Positions 1 through 12,886 of a stretch of DNA of 64,000 nucleotides are shown here, piece by piece. Made by a program: the position numbers and the translations under genes. This DNA is from Eutreptiella sp. 'Long Island Sound 2002'. Lineage: Eukaryota > Protista > Euglenida. Under the pieces are notes generated by a model that saw nothing but the letters and a program-made list of their open reading frames with translations, had not been told where the DNA came from and made no database searches. Where the stretch lies: contig OZ038379.1 of the NCBI GenBank assembly GCA_964036045.1, positions 12,152,001 through 12,216,000 on the forward strand, written 5' to 3'. The first letter of the stretch is position 1. The number at the start of each line of letters is the position of its first letter.

Positions 1-603
1 CCCACGTAGTGCATCGCTGCTGGCCCAAGAGCTTCAAGTCACTTACCTCCCTCCTTCAAGCCAACACTACTCGAATGCTTCGTATAAAGAAGTAGCAACA
101 TCACCATTAGCAGCAACATAGTACCCTTCAACGATTCGGATAACACGAAAACCAATTTTCGTGAGGAAATGCAAACGAGAATCAACACGGAGGTGCATGG
201 GTGCATACAAGAAAAGAAAATCGGTTGCATAGACAAGAGCTGTCTCAGATTACAAACCACAAGAATTCCACTGTGCATTACACCCAAAACTTCGATGATG
301 TGAAGGGGCTCAAGGCAACAAAGCAAATTGTTCGGCGTCTAAGTGATTAGTGAGGAAAAACACAGCCAAAAACAGGCCTGAGCAACAAAACATCAAGGTG
401 CAATAATGTCAAACAGTCAAAATGAAGGTTCTGGGATCCGAGACTTCTAGACATGTGATCAATTCATTCTAGCCTGCATTCTGAAATTGCCAAATTTCTG
501 CAATAGATATAAATCAGAATCAGAAATGTGATCCTAGAAAATCCGGTTCCAACATTGTGTCAATTCCTGAATGTCCTGTCAGATACTGAGGAGAAAAGAT
601 GAC

Positions 604-639
604 GCGGCTCAGTAAGGGACTTATCCCTTACTTAGCCGC
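604..639. other. 16-bp stem hairpin (one mismatch, 4-nt loop)
   Basis: gcggctcagtaaggga (604-619), loop ctta, tcccttacttagccgc (624-639). The arms are reverse complements except for one position. Confidence 0.85.
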
Positions 640-3600
640 ATCCCACAAATGTGTCAGGAACGCCACAACGGAGTCGTCCAGAGACGTACCGTGAATCACG
701 TAGCAAGCATCTGCGCTCTGTGTACAGAGACTCTAGTGCGTACTTCTTTCTGTACGCGCGGTGCCACAGCTCGCCGCTCCCGCTACCAGCGCCGTTCTAT
801 AGGCTGCAAATTGCATACTGGCACCTGGTGGTTTGACACTCCGTGATCTGCCCGGTTACCCGCTTGACCGTTTCTGTGGCTACTGTGGGGACCGCGAAGG
901 CACCAAAACGGTGCCTGACTGTGTTGACCTGTATATACAGTAGAGTGATTGATCGATCACCCAGGTGTGATACCTGAGTTTCAATCTGCCACAGATCCGA
1001 CAGCAGCCAAAACATCGGCGTTGTCCACATGTGACACTAAACTCATGAGTACTTGGGTCGAATGCATGTACTTCGTCCACCGCGGGTGTTAGTAGCTTTA
1101 AAGCTATCAATCAGCAAGATTGGTCGGCAATTGATTGTCATCGTCCTCCTCCTCTTGAACCTCCTCATCTTCCTCCCCATCTCTACCATGAAATCAACCC
1201 AAGCTGGGTCATTCTCATCATCCTCATCACTATCCTCATTAAAGTGCCGGTGCCTCAACTCCAGGGGACGGATTCCACAACAAGTGCTTGGAGACACACT
1301 ACAGCACTAGGTGGGAAAAAACTTTTTGTGCTTCGCACCCCGAATTTGCGTTCATGAAATTGCCGCTCTGGTTTTGGTGCCTTGGGCTTGCCTTACTCGA
1401 TCACTGCCCAAAAGGCTCAGCCTCGGCACAAGTCGGCTCTGACATACTTGGTGGGAGCAGATGTGCGACGTGATTCGCTGCACGTCCTTGGTTAGCCGTG
1501 CTTAGCACATTCAGAATTCCCTCTTACGCTTTGTGCCTGCTTTGTGCCCATGCATGCTTATGTGCATTCATTCAAGGAACAATACCGCCGAAGGCGGCGA
1601 AGCAAAGAATGAGGAACACATCAAAATACATCCCTGAGGTTGGGCTCCATTAGAAAATTAGGAAAACATCCTGGCTCTACAAAACACATTATTAGAACAT
1701 AAGGATAAGGAAAAAAGCCCGCGGTGGCCGAGGCCATTATTATTCCTTATTTAACACAAATTCTGCAGTACGACAAGAATATTCGAGATCTTGGGATAGG
1801 AGTTTCAAAATGGAATGGAATGGAGTTTAGCTGGAACGGAGTTTTTCAAATGGAATGAGTTGCCAGGGTCCGGAACGGACTTTATGAAGGGAACATCTTG
1901 GGATATGCACATTCCCTTGGGGATCCACACGGCAATACCCCTTTCAGCACGAAGTGCAAACACTCTGTCCAACAGCGGAGTGGTGTTCCGCTAGTGGTGG
2001 TGAGCCTATGTACCCCAACAAGTACAACCCTCACCAGCACACGCTCTCACGGTGCAACAAGAGCGCAAACTGCGTGCCCCGTCTCCCTTCAGGCCATCCT
2101 CAGCACTGCCGGTCACGGCAAGTTCATCCGTGAAGCAACATGTACCTCGCGGCACGTCTTCAGTAAACTCGATGCATGTTCCCGCACCAAAAACGGGGCT
2201 TCCACCAAAACCTTGCGTCTAATTCCCCTAAACGAATGCCTCGGGTGTGTGCTCTTGTGGTAAAGTTGTCGGGGAAATCTTCGCGCCAAACGGGGGCTCC
2301 GGATGGGAAACGGAGTACAGAACCTTTGTTCGATGATCTAGGGATTTTTCACATGTATCCAAACCCCAACCAAGCTTAGGTTGGCGGCTCAATTCAAAGA
2401 TTCAAAGATTTTCCGTTTTGCATGAAGGACAAAATCGTGCAAAGGGAACACGTGAGCTACCACCACAATTGGGCCCATTCCCTCCCAAGTCACTAGGTTC
2501 CCGGGAGTGCCAGAGCAGGGATTTGCCATGCCGACCAACCACATGGCCGTATTGGAGAGTCGTGTTCATGTTTTTTCGCTAGTGACCACCGTTTGCGGCT
2601 GAACTGGGTTTTTGAACGATTTTGCAGGCACGACGTCATGCGCTATGCACAGCAGCGGCGAACCATCCGCTTTCGTTTGAATTGGCATCAAAAGTGCGAT
2701 ATCTTGGACTTTTTGCACTCAATGGTGGAGGGTGGATTGGCTTGCATCGTGTGGATGTCGCTATCACTTGAAGTGGTTTCCCTTACTGGCATTGCACAAT
2801 TTGAGAACGGAGAAGGCTCTTTTACCACTTGTCACGGGTGCAGCCCGGATGCATTTTATTTGAGAACATTTTCATCAGCTCTCCCCCATTGAAGCCCGCA
2901 TCCTTACTTTTCCGCTTGTAGCAGCTGCTAACCTGTGCGTGGCACCAAATTTTGGTTTTGTTTGGTTTTGGTTTTGGCCGACCCTTGCGGGCGCGGGTAA
3001 AATTTTGATCCCATCCTACGGAAGGCTCGAGAAGGTATTCCTTCTGCCTCGGGAGACTTCGCGATTGCCGAAGAGTTGGCGTGCCCCAAATGACAAATTG
3101 TTTATGGTATAGATGCGATGCCATTCAAACTGAGACGTCCAAGGGTCGTCCATTTTCCTGTTTTCAATCCCTTTTGTACCGTGCCCCCCATCAGATTATT
3201 GGTGTTGAGACCAGCAGCACATGGGGCACCGCATTTTGCTGTCTATATCGAGTTCCATGTCTTTGAGCTTTTGAGCGCTGCTCGCTTGCTTTGCATTGTG
3301 TTGTACAATTCACCCTTCCATGTACTATCCGGGTGAATTTGAACACACCTCCTAATTGGGAGCCTTAAGGTTTTGTATTTGTCTCTTGAAGCAAGGATGA
3401 ACATAAACCATCTGAGTGTCACGCATCGTGAAGCTTTGAGGACATGGATGGGCTGCATGTGTCTCACCCGCATATTGTGCTTTGGAATCAACGCAAAATG
3501 ATGGAGTGCAAGCACCGATGTTAGTAGCAAGTGTCATAAAGTTCAATTGCATAGTACGTAGGTGTTTGCCCTCATGCTGTAAATGCTAAAGGGAGGGCAT

Positions 3601-4022
3601 TTCAATACTTTTGCACCCACCGTAAACCCAATTGTCTGCTCGTGCCGCTACTCCGCAGCTACTCCGCAAAAGTTCTTGTGTCATGACGCTACGCTTGTTA
3701 GTTCATGTATACATAATACATAATTATTGCAGTTAGGCAAATTAGTTGGCATGTTTGGTCGTCGCATTGTAGGCTGCTAGGTGCTTTCTTTTGCCTTTAC
3801 TGCTTGCTGTCAGTTACACCTTCTCCACAGTGACCTGCATCATCTCCAAACTGACTTGCACCCTTGTGACCTTTGACCTTGGAACTTGACCTTTGCTCTT
3901 TGTTGTGTGCACTTTGACCTTTTACCTCTGACCTTTACCTTTGCTCTTTGTTGGGTGTGCCTTCACCTTACCTTTTTGCTCAAGGTCTCTCCACCAGAAC
4001 ATGGGACTTGTGGAGATGCCTA

Positions 4023-4215
4023 GAGCTGCGCTTGGGGGAGCCTTGCAGGCGAAGCGAGACTCGGGGGAGTTGCCTTACCTTTTTATGGCCGGAGCTGCGC
4101 TTGGGGGAGCCGTGCAGGCGAAGCGAATTTTGGGGGATCCGCCGTACCTTTTTATGCCCCGAGCTACGCTTGGGGAAGCAGGCAAAGCGAGACTTGGGGG
4201 AGCTGGGAGCTCGGG
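4023..4215 (+). repeat. 69-bp tandem repeat, ~2.7 copies
   Basis: gagctgcgcttggggga... recurs at 4023, 4092 and 4161. It is seen as the PELRLGEPCRRSE repeats in ORF 3948-4694. Confidence 0.85.
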
Positions 4216-4395
4216 GGATTCCCATTCTGTATTTGATTGCTGGTGACGAGATACACGTGTTGGCCCGGACCATTTCCAAGTACGGGTTGTCTGTTTTCAA
4301 CGATCACTCCGACGTGCCTACCGACGTGGTGGCTTGCCACCAGACGGATTCCTTCAACGTTCAAGAGGTCCGAGACGTGGCTAGCTCTCATCGCT

Positions 4396-5308
4396 CAGAG
4401 TGCCTCGACGAGGTCGCGAACTCTCACTTAGACGGCTTCGTACGAGACGGCTTCGTACGTCATACGTCAACTATTTCTGACGAGGACATGCTTCCATTCG
4501 TGCCTCGCGAATCCTTGCAGGTGAAGATTGTTTCGCGCACATTGTTTGTGTCGTTGCGTCGGACGGATGCTTGGAGGATGCTCTTTTTTTATGTGCACTG
4601 CACATTTGTGTACAGTTCCAAGTCGTTCTCAATATTCCGTTCAACACTCAAGGAGTCGCGTTTGGCCACCAGATGCCCTCGTGCTCTGTGTTGAAGCCAC
4701 CAAAGACCCTGATTGGGAAAAAGACACAGCGAGGAAAGAGCTTGCTCCCCAAAGCAGAAGCACGAATTTGTGTCGTTACCTTTTTTGTGTTGCTTTGTGT
4801 TCAAACAGTGGAGAGTTCAACACAGTTCAAATGCATCCTTTTTTTGTTTGCATCCAGTATGTAGCTCCAAGGGGTCCGAATCCAGCAATGCACACAAAAC
4901 ACCAGCTCTACCAAGTGCCAGAGAAGTCCACAATGTTGTTTTTGTCTTCAGAGTGCCGCCACAAGGTCGTGAATTCGTCTCTGCAGTTCTTCGACGGCTT
5001 TCGCACATCGTACGTCGACTATTCCTGACGAGGACGTGCTTCCACTCGTTCCTTGCAGGTGAAGCTTGTTTCGCGCACGTTGTTTGTGTCGTTGCGTCGG
5101 ACGGATGCTTGGAGGATGCTCTTTTTTTATGTGCACTGCACATTTGTGTACAGTTCCAAGTCGTTCTCAATATTCCGTTCAACACTCAAGGAGTCGCGTT
5201 TGGCCACCAGATGCCCTCGTGCTCTGTGTTGAAGCCACCAAAGACCCTGATTGGGAAAAAGACACAGCGAGGAAAGAGCTTGCTCCCCAAAGCAGAAGCA
5301 CGAATTTG
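4396..5308 (+). repeat. Tandem segmental duplication (4396-4770 and 4949-5308; near-identical core at a 538-bp offset)
   Basis: Core 4512-4770 matches 5050-5308 with only a few differences, and weaker similarity extends left to cagagtgcc. The ORF pairs 4528/5066, 4589/5127 and 4713/5251 share the 538 offset. Confidence 0.95.
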
Positions 5309-8300
5309 CTCTTTTTTTGGTTACTTTCATGAAAACCTGTCCAGCTTGCAATGCAAAAGACTCCACAGTTGCAATGTGTGGTAGGATAGATGCCCAATTT
5401 TTTTGGGGGGGGCGGGGCTGCTATAACATGGGCATGACCTTGAACCACATGGGCGGTCTTTCTTTGGGCTATGTCAACATAGTGTTGTTGGTGGTGGCCA
5501 GCCGTTAGGTCAATTCCGCCGCAAGCCTGCCCGCCAGCTGTTGGAGTTAATAGTTGCTGGCCCTTTTTTTATGCAGGCGTAATTTCTTTGTGTGGTCTGT
5601 TGTTTGTTGAGTTTGGGTATTTGTGGCGGTTTGTAGGTGTCCTAGAATAAGTTGCATGCTTACCACCTTTTGTGCTTTCTTGTTTTGTGTTGTCTTTTTT
5701 TTGTGTTGGTATTGTGTTGTTTGAGTGTTGTGTGTGTTTGACTTGCCAATTGGACAAGGCAGTGGCCTTGTTGCTACCTTGTGTGACTCATTTGGCCATT
5801 ATTTATCCTCTTGCTCGTGTGTGTATGTGGTAGATGGAGTGTAGATGCATCATTGCAAAGCCTATGTAGACAATGCTTGAATGCTCAATCACACACATGC
5901 CGCACATTTTGTGTTAGCCATCCACCCACTTGGGCCAAAAGGTGCCAGGCACTTGAGAATAGGTACAGTGCATGAGCGTCATCACATTGAGGTTTGTGCT
6001 TTGACACCAAACTATGCATGGGAAATTTGGGCACAATGTTGGAATCTGGGATTGTTGGTATGCAAACTTGAGCGAAGTTTGCAAAATGGAAGTGCTTGCA
6101 CCTAGGACATCATTGTTGACCACGGACACAACAATTGGGGGAGACGCAACACACAGAGCATGCAATATCAGTGGCTATGTAAATGTTGAGTCTAGATATG
6201 AGCACCACCTTATTACATAGGACAATGGCCCAAAGGAGACTAAGGTGTTGTCAAGCCGGGGCCCGAAAAATAATGAAATTTTCGACAGCTGTTTTTCGGG
6301 CAAGGGGGGGGTTCAGCTATCGGCACAGGATTCTACCCTTGCCATTGTGATCCTGAAGGGCTTGGCTGTTTTGAGCCACAAGAGTGGAATAATCGAAATT
6401 TCTGAAACAGATTTGCCATGCATGGTGGTGCAAGTTGCTTGTGCATCATCTTTCTCTTCTTTTTATGTTATTTTCACCAAATTCGTCCCTGGATGCTGGG
6501 GACAGCGCAGACGTGTGCTGCGCGAAGTGCAAAAGCATGACCTGTGTCTACGCGTTGCAATAACACCTATCCGCAACCTCTTTACCAGCAGCCATCGTAA
6601 AAAATGCGTTTTCATTGCACTATACGAAGCTGTAGAGAGGACACGAAAGTACCACATCTTTGAGTTGCATGCCCATGTCAGATGATGGAATCGTTCCAAC
6701 AGCCTCCGTCCCAATGTCCTGGCAGGTAACCCACTTGGTCTGTGGTGAGAAAGGGCACACCACCCAAGCTTACGACAAAGCAGTGCACAACAACATTCTG
6801 ATCGTCACGGAGGCTTTCGTGGCTCATCTGCTGGACCACGGCACAGTGCCCAGCAGCAGCATGATCTCAGAGTTCGCGTGGGCCCCACCTGAATGGTATC
6901 AGTGCGCGATGTGCATGTTCGGCCTAGGTGCGGGTAGGCTTGCATGTATGCGCTTGTGCGTGCACTTTGGCGCATGAATATAGCTCCAATGGTCCGCGTT
7001 GGGGCACCTTTGGAGAGTCATTTGGGCAGGGTATGTCCAGCGATTGGGATGGGGTTAGGGACACGCTGGACAGGGTCCAGATTGCAAAAAGTGGGGGTGG
7101 TGGCGGTCAGAGTACGTGCCGTCAAATTCGGATTCCGAGCCATACAGCCAAAGATATCGTCCACCGTGGCGAAATAGGTCGCCTCACGCTCTGCGGAGCC
7201 GTGTTGAAAGTTGGAACTTGTGGCTAGTCGCTGAACAAGGTTGGTTTTTTCATCTGCGACTTGCCCTCTGAAGTGGGCGGAACCCCAAGTGAGATCAAGC
7301 AAAAGGAGAAGCACAAGTGTCCAAGTCCATCGCTGGGAGTTGTGCATGTGAGGACCTCAAGGCACTTGACAAAAGAAAAACGCCTGCCACAGGCATATGC
7401 CACAAAACTACGGCGGAAGTTTTGGCACCAAAGTCCCAAATGTGCAGCATTCAAGCACAAATTAGCAGATTCGCCTTTGTTGGATGCAACAACTGCAAAC
7501 ACAAGGAGCCTTCGAGGCACCATCGGACAAGTTGGGCGGCCTGTGACACGTGGGGCAGTTATTGAGGCGTGACCCAGAGTTGTCTTGGAGGTAGAGGCTG
7601 GAACAACCCTCAATGGCGCAGCAAGGGAAGTGAAACTGTGGCACACTCACCGCTAAATCTGCGCTGTGGCCGGTTTGGGGCACACTTGACTGGACGGACG
7701 TCGCCGAACTGGACGGTTTCCACAGGGTGTTTTCCCAATTTGGAGCCCACAGCGATTGTTCAGGTCAGGGCAGGTTACGGCAGGGCAGGGCACATGTGGT
7801 TGCATAAGGGGACAGGAGTAGAGTTGAGCCCACAGCGTTGGGATGGGGTGATTGACACAGCTGCCAGTGGACTTGCTTGTTGCTTGCTTGCTTCGTTGCT
7901 GTAGTGAAGGACAGAGGGCTGTTGTAATGCAGACTGTAATATCTGACGGGATATTTGGTGGCTCAATGACCCATCGTTCCCGAATTCCTGTGCCCCTTTC
8001 CCCTCCTCTCCCCCCTCAGAAGACTCAGTGGCCCGGAACCTCCTGGCCCGGTGCTACATTTGCCACATCAGTGGTAGTGGCGAGCCCCCTCTATATCTTC
8101 ACAGTCTTGGGAGGGCCTTCATGAACAGGTTGCCATCGCCAGCATGGCAGGGATGCCACAGGGGCAGAAGCACCCCTTGTGATCACATGGACAACTGACA
8201 CACTCTCACCCACCAATACGCCCAGAAGTACTCACCAGCACATTTACTGAGCCTTTTTGGCAATTTCCCACACACACACAATTATGCACCACACTTTTCC

Positions 8301-8469
8301 TCTAGTTCCTGTGGTTTAGCCCCATTACTTGGTGAGCAATCCCAGAGCAACGAATCTCCGGTCATGGTATTTCTCTCAAAACCAATGGCCATCTTGACTG
8401 TGTCTTATTCAGGATATGGCTTCATCTTTGCTGGGCATCCAAAGCAGAAGACCCGCAAGGAGTGGATCG

Positions 8470-8885
8470 AGGTATGCACCATCAGCAGTTGAGGCTGTAC
8501 CACGTTGCAGAAATTGCAATGTGGAGTGCAGAAAATGTGGTTGACATGTGCTGCAGAAAATGCAAGGCGTGTTGTGGAAATGGTACACAATCGAACGAAA
8601 GTGTAGCGTGTGTTGCAGAAAGGTCAATGCATGTCGAAGAAAATGTAGTGTGTGTTGTAGAAGATGTAATCTGCATTGTAGCCAATTGAATGCGCATTGT
8701 AGAGAATGTAACATTTTTGCATGAAATTTGATATGCCGTGTGGAAAATATATCGCGCGTTGGAGAACGCTTTACTACGTATTGTGGAAATTATAGTGTGT
8801 GTCATGTCATTTTGTAGAAAACGAAATATGCAGTGTAGGCAATACTGTGCATTGTAGAACACAGAAATACGCGTTGTAGAAACGG
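8470..8885 (+). repeat. Degenerate short-period repeat (TGTTGYAGAAAA-like motif)
   Basis: gttgcagaaa/gttgtagaa/ttgtggaaa motifs recur at roughly 20-bp spacing. Confidence 0.6.
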
Positions 8886-9499
8886 GAGGGGGTAATCCAC
8901 AAAACGGGTTGTCAATTTTTCGGCCGAATTGCTTAAGATTATTGTCACTGGGGGGGGGGGGGGGGCTGAAATCTCCAAAAAAAAGGGATATTCGAAGAGG
9001 TATCCGTCATGGGGGGTCCTGAGGCCATATTTTTGAGTACCGAAGACGCAATTTTGAACTTTTCATGGTTTCGACCTGCTGTTGGCTCAGCTCCCGGCGT
9101 CTCGACCTTGCTCCCCCCCCCCCCCCCCCAAATCCTCCGACATATTGTCAGTGAGTGGTCAAGTCATTGAGGGTGGATTGGTTGCATTTTAATGTTTAGA
9201 AGCCATGTGCAAAGTAGCTCCCCTCATCCCAATGATATGTTGGCTAATCTGAACACTAACACCCCTGTGCAGCCTGATGCGAACTGGCAGCACCATGGGG
9301 GGTGCCCATGATGGTTGTGCCAAGTATTGTTGAGTTGAGTCGAGCCACTTTGCACATGGCTTCTACACATCAGACGCAACAAATCTACTCTGAATGAATA
9401 TGACCTCCCATTGACACTATTTTGAAGGAATCGGGCCTGTAAGATGCCCGGGATGCAGCCTTGCCAGATGTTGGTGAAAACATGGCAAAAATGATACAA

Positions 9500-9855
9500 A
9501 ATCGGAATCTCTGGGCAGAGGATTTACGGACAGGCCCCAAAATCTTCAAAAATGGATTCCCCACCCCTCTATTTTCAAAATAGAGGGGATTCACCCTGGG
9601 ACTCCTCAAACATGGGCATGCCATACGTACATGGCAAAACCGACTGAACATGGGACCAACACAGCCCCATCATTTCTGGAAAAATCCGTTGTTGACCCCA
9701 TTTTTAACGCACTTATGGGCGCCAAATGGCCCGTTTTCAAAGGGTTTCGGGACTGTTCGGGGGCCACACAGGGCAGGACGGCCTCAAAACAGGCTGAAAA
9801 CACTCGTTTTGGGCATCCCAAGAGGTCTGGGAGCAATTTTGGAAGACGTCATTCT
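9500..9855 (+). repeat. Copy of a dispersed repeat family, homologous to 17600-18500; includes a perfect 12-bp hairpin at 9564-9588
   Basis: ttgaccccattttt...cccgttttcaa...cctcaaaacaggctgaaaacactcgtttt aligns by eye with ttgacccatttt...cccattttcaa...gctcaaaacggtccaaaaacacttgtttt near 17740-17870. The hairpin is cccctctatttt-c-aaaatagagggg. Confidence 0.7.
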
Positions 9856-10252
9856 ACAAACCCTGATTGCTGGGTTGTTTATGTCGCATTGTGTTCAGAT
9901 GGAGCAAGTGTATTGGTTGGTCCGTTGTGCCCCATGACATTGCAGCCCTTCGTTTTGCTGCTGGAGGAGATTTGGACATTCTGTCTGATTTCTGTAGAGC
10001 CATGGTTGTTGGGATTTTGAATGTTGCTGCTGGCCCTGCAGCAGTCACCCTTGTTGCCCAGTTGTGGGACCCTGTGGCTCTTCTAACGTGGAAGGGTTTG
10101 CTTGCCTCATTGTCACATCAGCAGCGATGAAGACTTTGAGTGACACCAAGATTGAAAGTGCCCGAAAACGGATTGGAAAGTGTATGGCACTCCTCGAGTT
10201 CAACCAACCTATGTGTGTGGCATGGACTGCGTGCGATCCCATAGTCCAAGGG

Positions 10253-10435
10253 CCCGCACTTCTTGTTATGAACAGGAGAAGGGCACCCAAACATCCTTCA
10301 CAGGAAGGTTAACTTCACAAAAATGCCGCCAAGGAAAAACAGGAAAATTGAAGTATCTTGCGACGCCAGGACCATTGCAGAAATTCAGTTGGCAAAAAAA
10401 ACAAACAACGGCAGATAAATGAACACGGTCTTCTG
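10253..10435 (+). repeat. 183-bp direct repeat, copy 1
   Basis: cccgcacttcttgttatgaacagg...gaacacggtcttctg, repeated at 11248-11430 with several substitutions. Confidence 0.95.
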
Positions 10436-10798
10436 TTTTCTGGCGGCCTTCAAAAATTGCGAAAATAGAATTCAACAGAATTGGTATCCCGCGTATTCTC
10501 TGACACCGCTACAGTCTATCTGGATGAGACACTGGATCGGGCCGGTGTCGAATATCTTGGTCTGTTGCAGCATCAGCTGCTGCTGTGTTGAAAGGGTGTT
10601 TTACCTTGCTGTGAATGGTCCTCCACCTTATCGTCATTTCACCCAAACTTGAAAGGGGTTGAATTACGCAGTCTGGCGTTTCTGTTGGTTGCAATCTACG
10701 CCGTGTCTACCGGCCTCCATGGCGGGGATATCCAGTTGACCGCAGGAGGTTAGGTCTGCTGCACTTGTGCCCATTGAACCGTTTCCTCTATTATACAG

Positions 10799-11006
10799 GA
10801 ACTGGGGAGTCGTGGCTGGTCTGTGGCCCGGACGCTGACCTCCGAGGTGACGCATTTGGTGGTGTGCGAGAACGGGGCTGGCACCGCTTTGCACAATGCA
10901 GCCCACAGAAAAGCTGAGGTTGCGGTTGTTACAGAGGATTTCCTGGTCCACCTTGTGGAGACTGGGGAGGAGTTGCAGTCCACATTTGTGGCGGCCGAGG
11001 ACAGTG
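10799..11006 (+). CDS. Exon encoding a BRCT-like domain (phase 0 to 1)
   Basis: Polypyrimidine acceptor tttcctctattatacag| and donor |gtatgg. The translation ELGSRGWSVARTLTSEVTHLVVCENG...AVVTEDFLVHLVETGEE matches the BRCT THLV and V..(W/F)L pattern. Confidence 0.7.
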
Positions 11007-11247
11007 GTATGGGGATGATTGGGTCGGGCAGGTCCGGAGGGGATGTCTGCCGCGAGGGAATTTCTCACTGGCAGGGGTTCGTTGGGTCACGGTTTCTCCC
11101 GTGTGGGCCGAGGGGTGGTGGGGCTGGACAAATGTTGGTTGCCACGGGGATTTATTTCTTTTCTTCTTTCTTTCGTTTTTCCAGGAAAGCCTCAGGTTTT
11201 GGGGTGGCATTTTTGTGGCAACCCGACAGTGGTTGGCGACGCAGTAA

Positions 11248-11430
11248 CCCGCACTTCTTGTTATGAACAGGAGAAGGGCACCCAAACATCCTTCACAGAA
11301 AGGTCAACTTCACAAAAATGCTGCCCAGGAAAAACAGGAAAAATGAAGTATCTTGCGACGCCAGGACCATTGCAGAAATTCAGTTGGCAAAACAAACAAA
11401 CAACGGCAGATAAATGAACACGGTCTTCTG
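11248..11430 (+). repeat. 183-bp direct repeat, copy 2
   Basis: Matches 10253-10435 at a 995-bp offset. Confidence 0.95.
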
Positions 11431-11729
11431 GATTGCATCGGGTCAGCTTCCACTTATGAGTGTTCATCGGGAGGAGTCCTGCACACTGTTGGTGACGCAC
11501 AAATCTCCCTCATCAGCCGGTGCTCTGCCTCAGGGCGCATCGAACGTCCTTGGGGTGCAACGGAATCAAAAACGTGACATTTTCCGACTAGAAAAATTTT
11601 GAGTTTGTTTCCAAGCACCGTTTATTGCACCTGATTTTTTTTTTTTTACTGTATTTGCAAATGTGCTTGAAAGAATCACAGCCATTGAAAACACCATCAC
11701 CCCCTTGTTTGCCGGTCTGGTTACAACAT

Positions 11730-11970
11730 GGGCTAGGTGGTCGTTTGACTCCTTCCCACGATGGGGACTCCATATGGTAGTGGATGGTGGTGGTTAGGCG
11801 GTCATTTGATTCCTCCCCTCTTTGGGCACCCTGATACGGTATGGGTTGTGCAGCCATTTGACTCCTTCCCGGCTTGAGGACCCTGATGCTGCATGCTGCT
11901 TTGGGCAGGTTAATGCATGAGTTATGTAGTCATTTGATTCCTCACCGCTTGGGGACCCTGGTAAAAATCT
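11730..11970 (-). repeat. Degenerate copies of a ~55-60-bp satellite family (also at 29925-30420, 38690-38830 and 51608-51850)
   Basis: The recurring catttgattcct...ggggaccc is the reverse complement of the ggggtccccaacaaaggggacaaaatca unit. Confidence 0.55.
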
Positions 11971-12743
11971 GTGAAGGAGAATTTCTCCCCTTAACTCACA
12001 CCACGTGTTCAAGGCGTGCCACCTGCCACTCCAAAGCGCCAAATGTTGGATATCTCTCAAGTGACTCCATTGCCCAGGAAAACTTGACACAACACAACCC
12101 CACGCCACAACCCCCGCTTTAAGTTAGTGGCCTGGGTGTGACATCACCGGTTCTTTGCACTGCGGGTATGGTCAAACACATGGGATTGGTGTTTGCAGTT
12201 CAAGGCATGTGTTGAAACATGCGATGCTGGTGTGTCTCCGCGCCTTGCACGTTTGAGAAAAAAAAGCTTGCTCTGTGGCCTGCTTCTTTTTTTTTCTTGT
12301 GGGGTGGCCGTTGAACCCGCCTGTCATTTGTACTTGTGGGACCCCAAGCGCAATCAGCTGTACAAGCAAGCTCTTGTGGATGGCCCAAGCAACAAAGGCA
12401 TTCCAGCACCGACCCCTTCACATTCCAATGTGGGGACAGTTGCAGTTGCGACTGTCATCGATGTGTGTGGATTTGGGCGTGTTGTCACCCAACCATATGT
12501 CACTCAGCTTTGTGAAGCATGATCGGGACATTGTGAATTGCACCCCTGGGGTGCAATCGGCGTTTGTTTGAGTCCTCTGACCGTCCATCTTGTTTCTCTC
12601 TTCCCCCGCCACATATCATGTCCCCAATTCATGTGTGACCTTTTTTCTTGGTATTTGTAGGTGCGATATCCAAATCCTACTGAGGGCCCCTTCCCCTGCA
12701 TTGTTCAATCCTGCACAACGAAGTCTGTGACCCGCTTCCCCAG

Positions 12744-12886
12744 AGGACGTGGCACAGATGCCGCAGGCCCCTGAGTTTCTTTTGGCCAAGACGCTGCAGC
12801 GGCTGGACGAGGCGGCGGCGCTGAAGGGCTGGTGGGTGTCCGAGAAGTACGACGGGCTGCGGGCGTATTGGGATGGCGAGCGGTTG
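12744..12886 (+). CDS. Exon encoding the motif I region of a small ATP-dependent DNA ligase (phase 1 to 0)
   Basis: Acceptor cgcttccccag|. The translation FLLAKTLQRLDEAAALKGWWVSEKYDGLRAYWDGERL contains the ligase KxDG adenylation motif and RAYWDG. The probable donor is |gtgtgg at 12887, with an alternative GT at 12883. No downstream ligase exons were recognised. Confidence 0.85.

Noticed and set aside
39-326. Hydrophobic ORF 39-326, and an alternative minus frame (…DSRLHFLTKIGFRVIRIVEG…) faintly like DUF559 nucleases
   Set aside because: There is no clear domain match, the alternative frame is bounded by stops, and the motif spacing does not fit. The window edge prevents evaluation.
604-660. 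Helitron 3' terminus
   Set aside because: A hairpin is present, but there is no CTRR end at the expected short distance on either strand.
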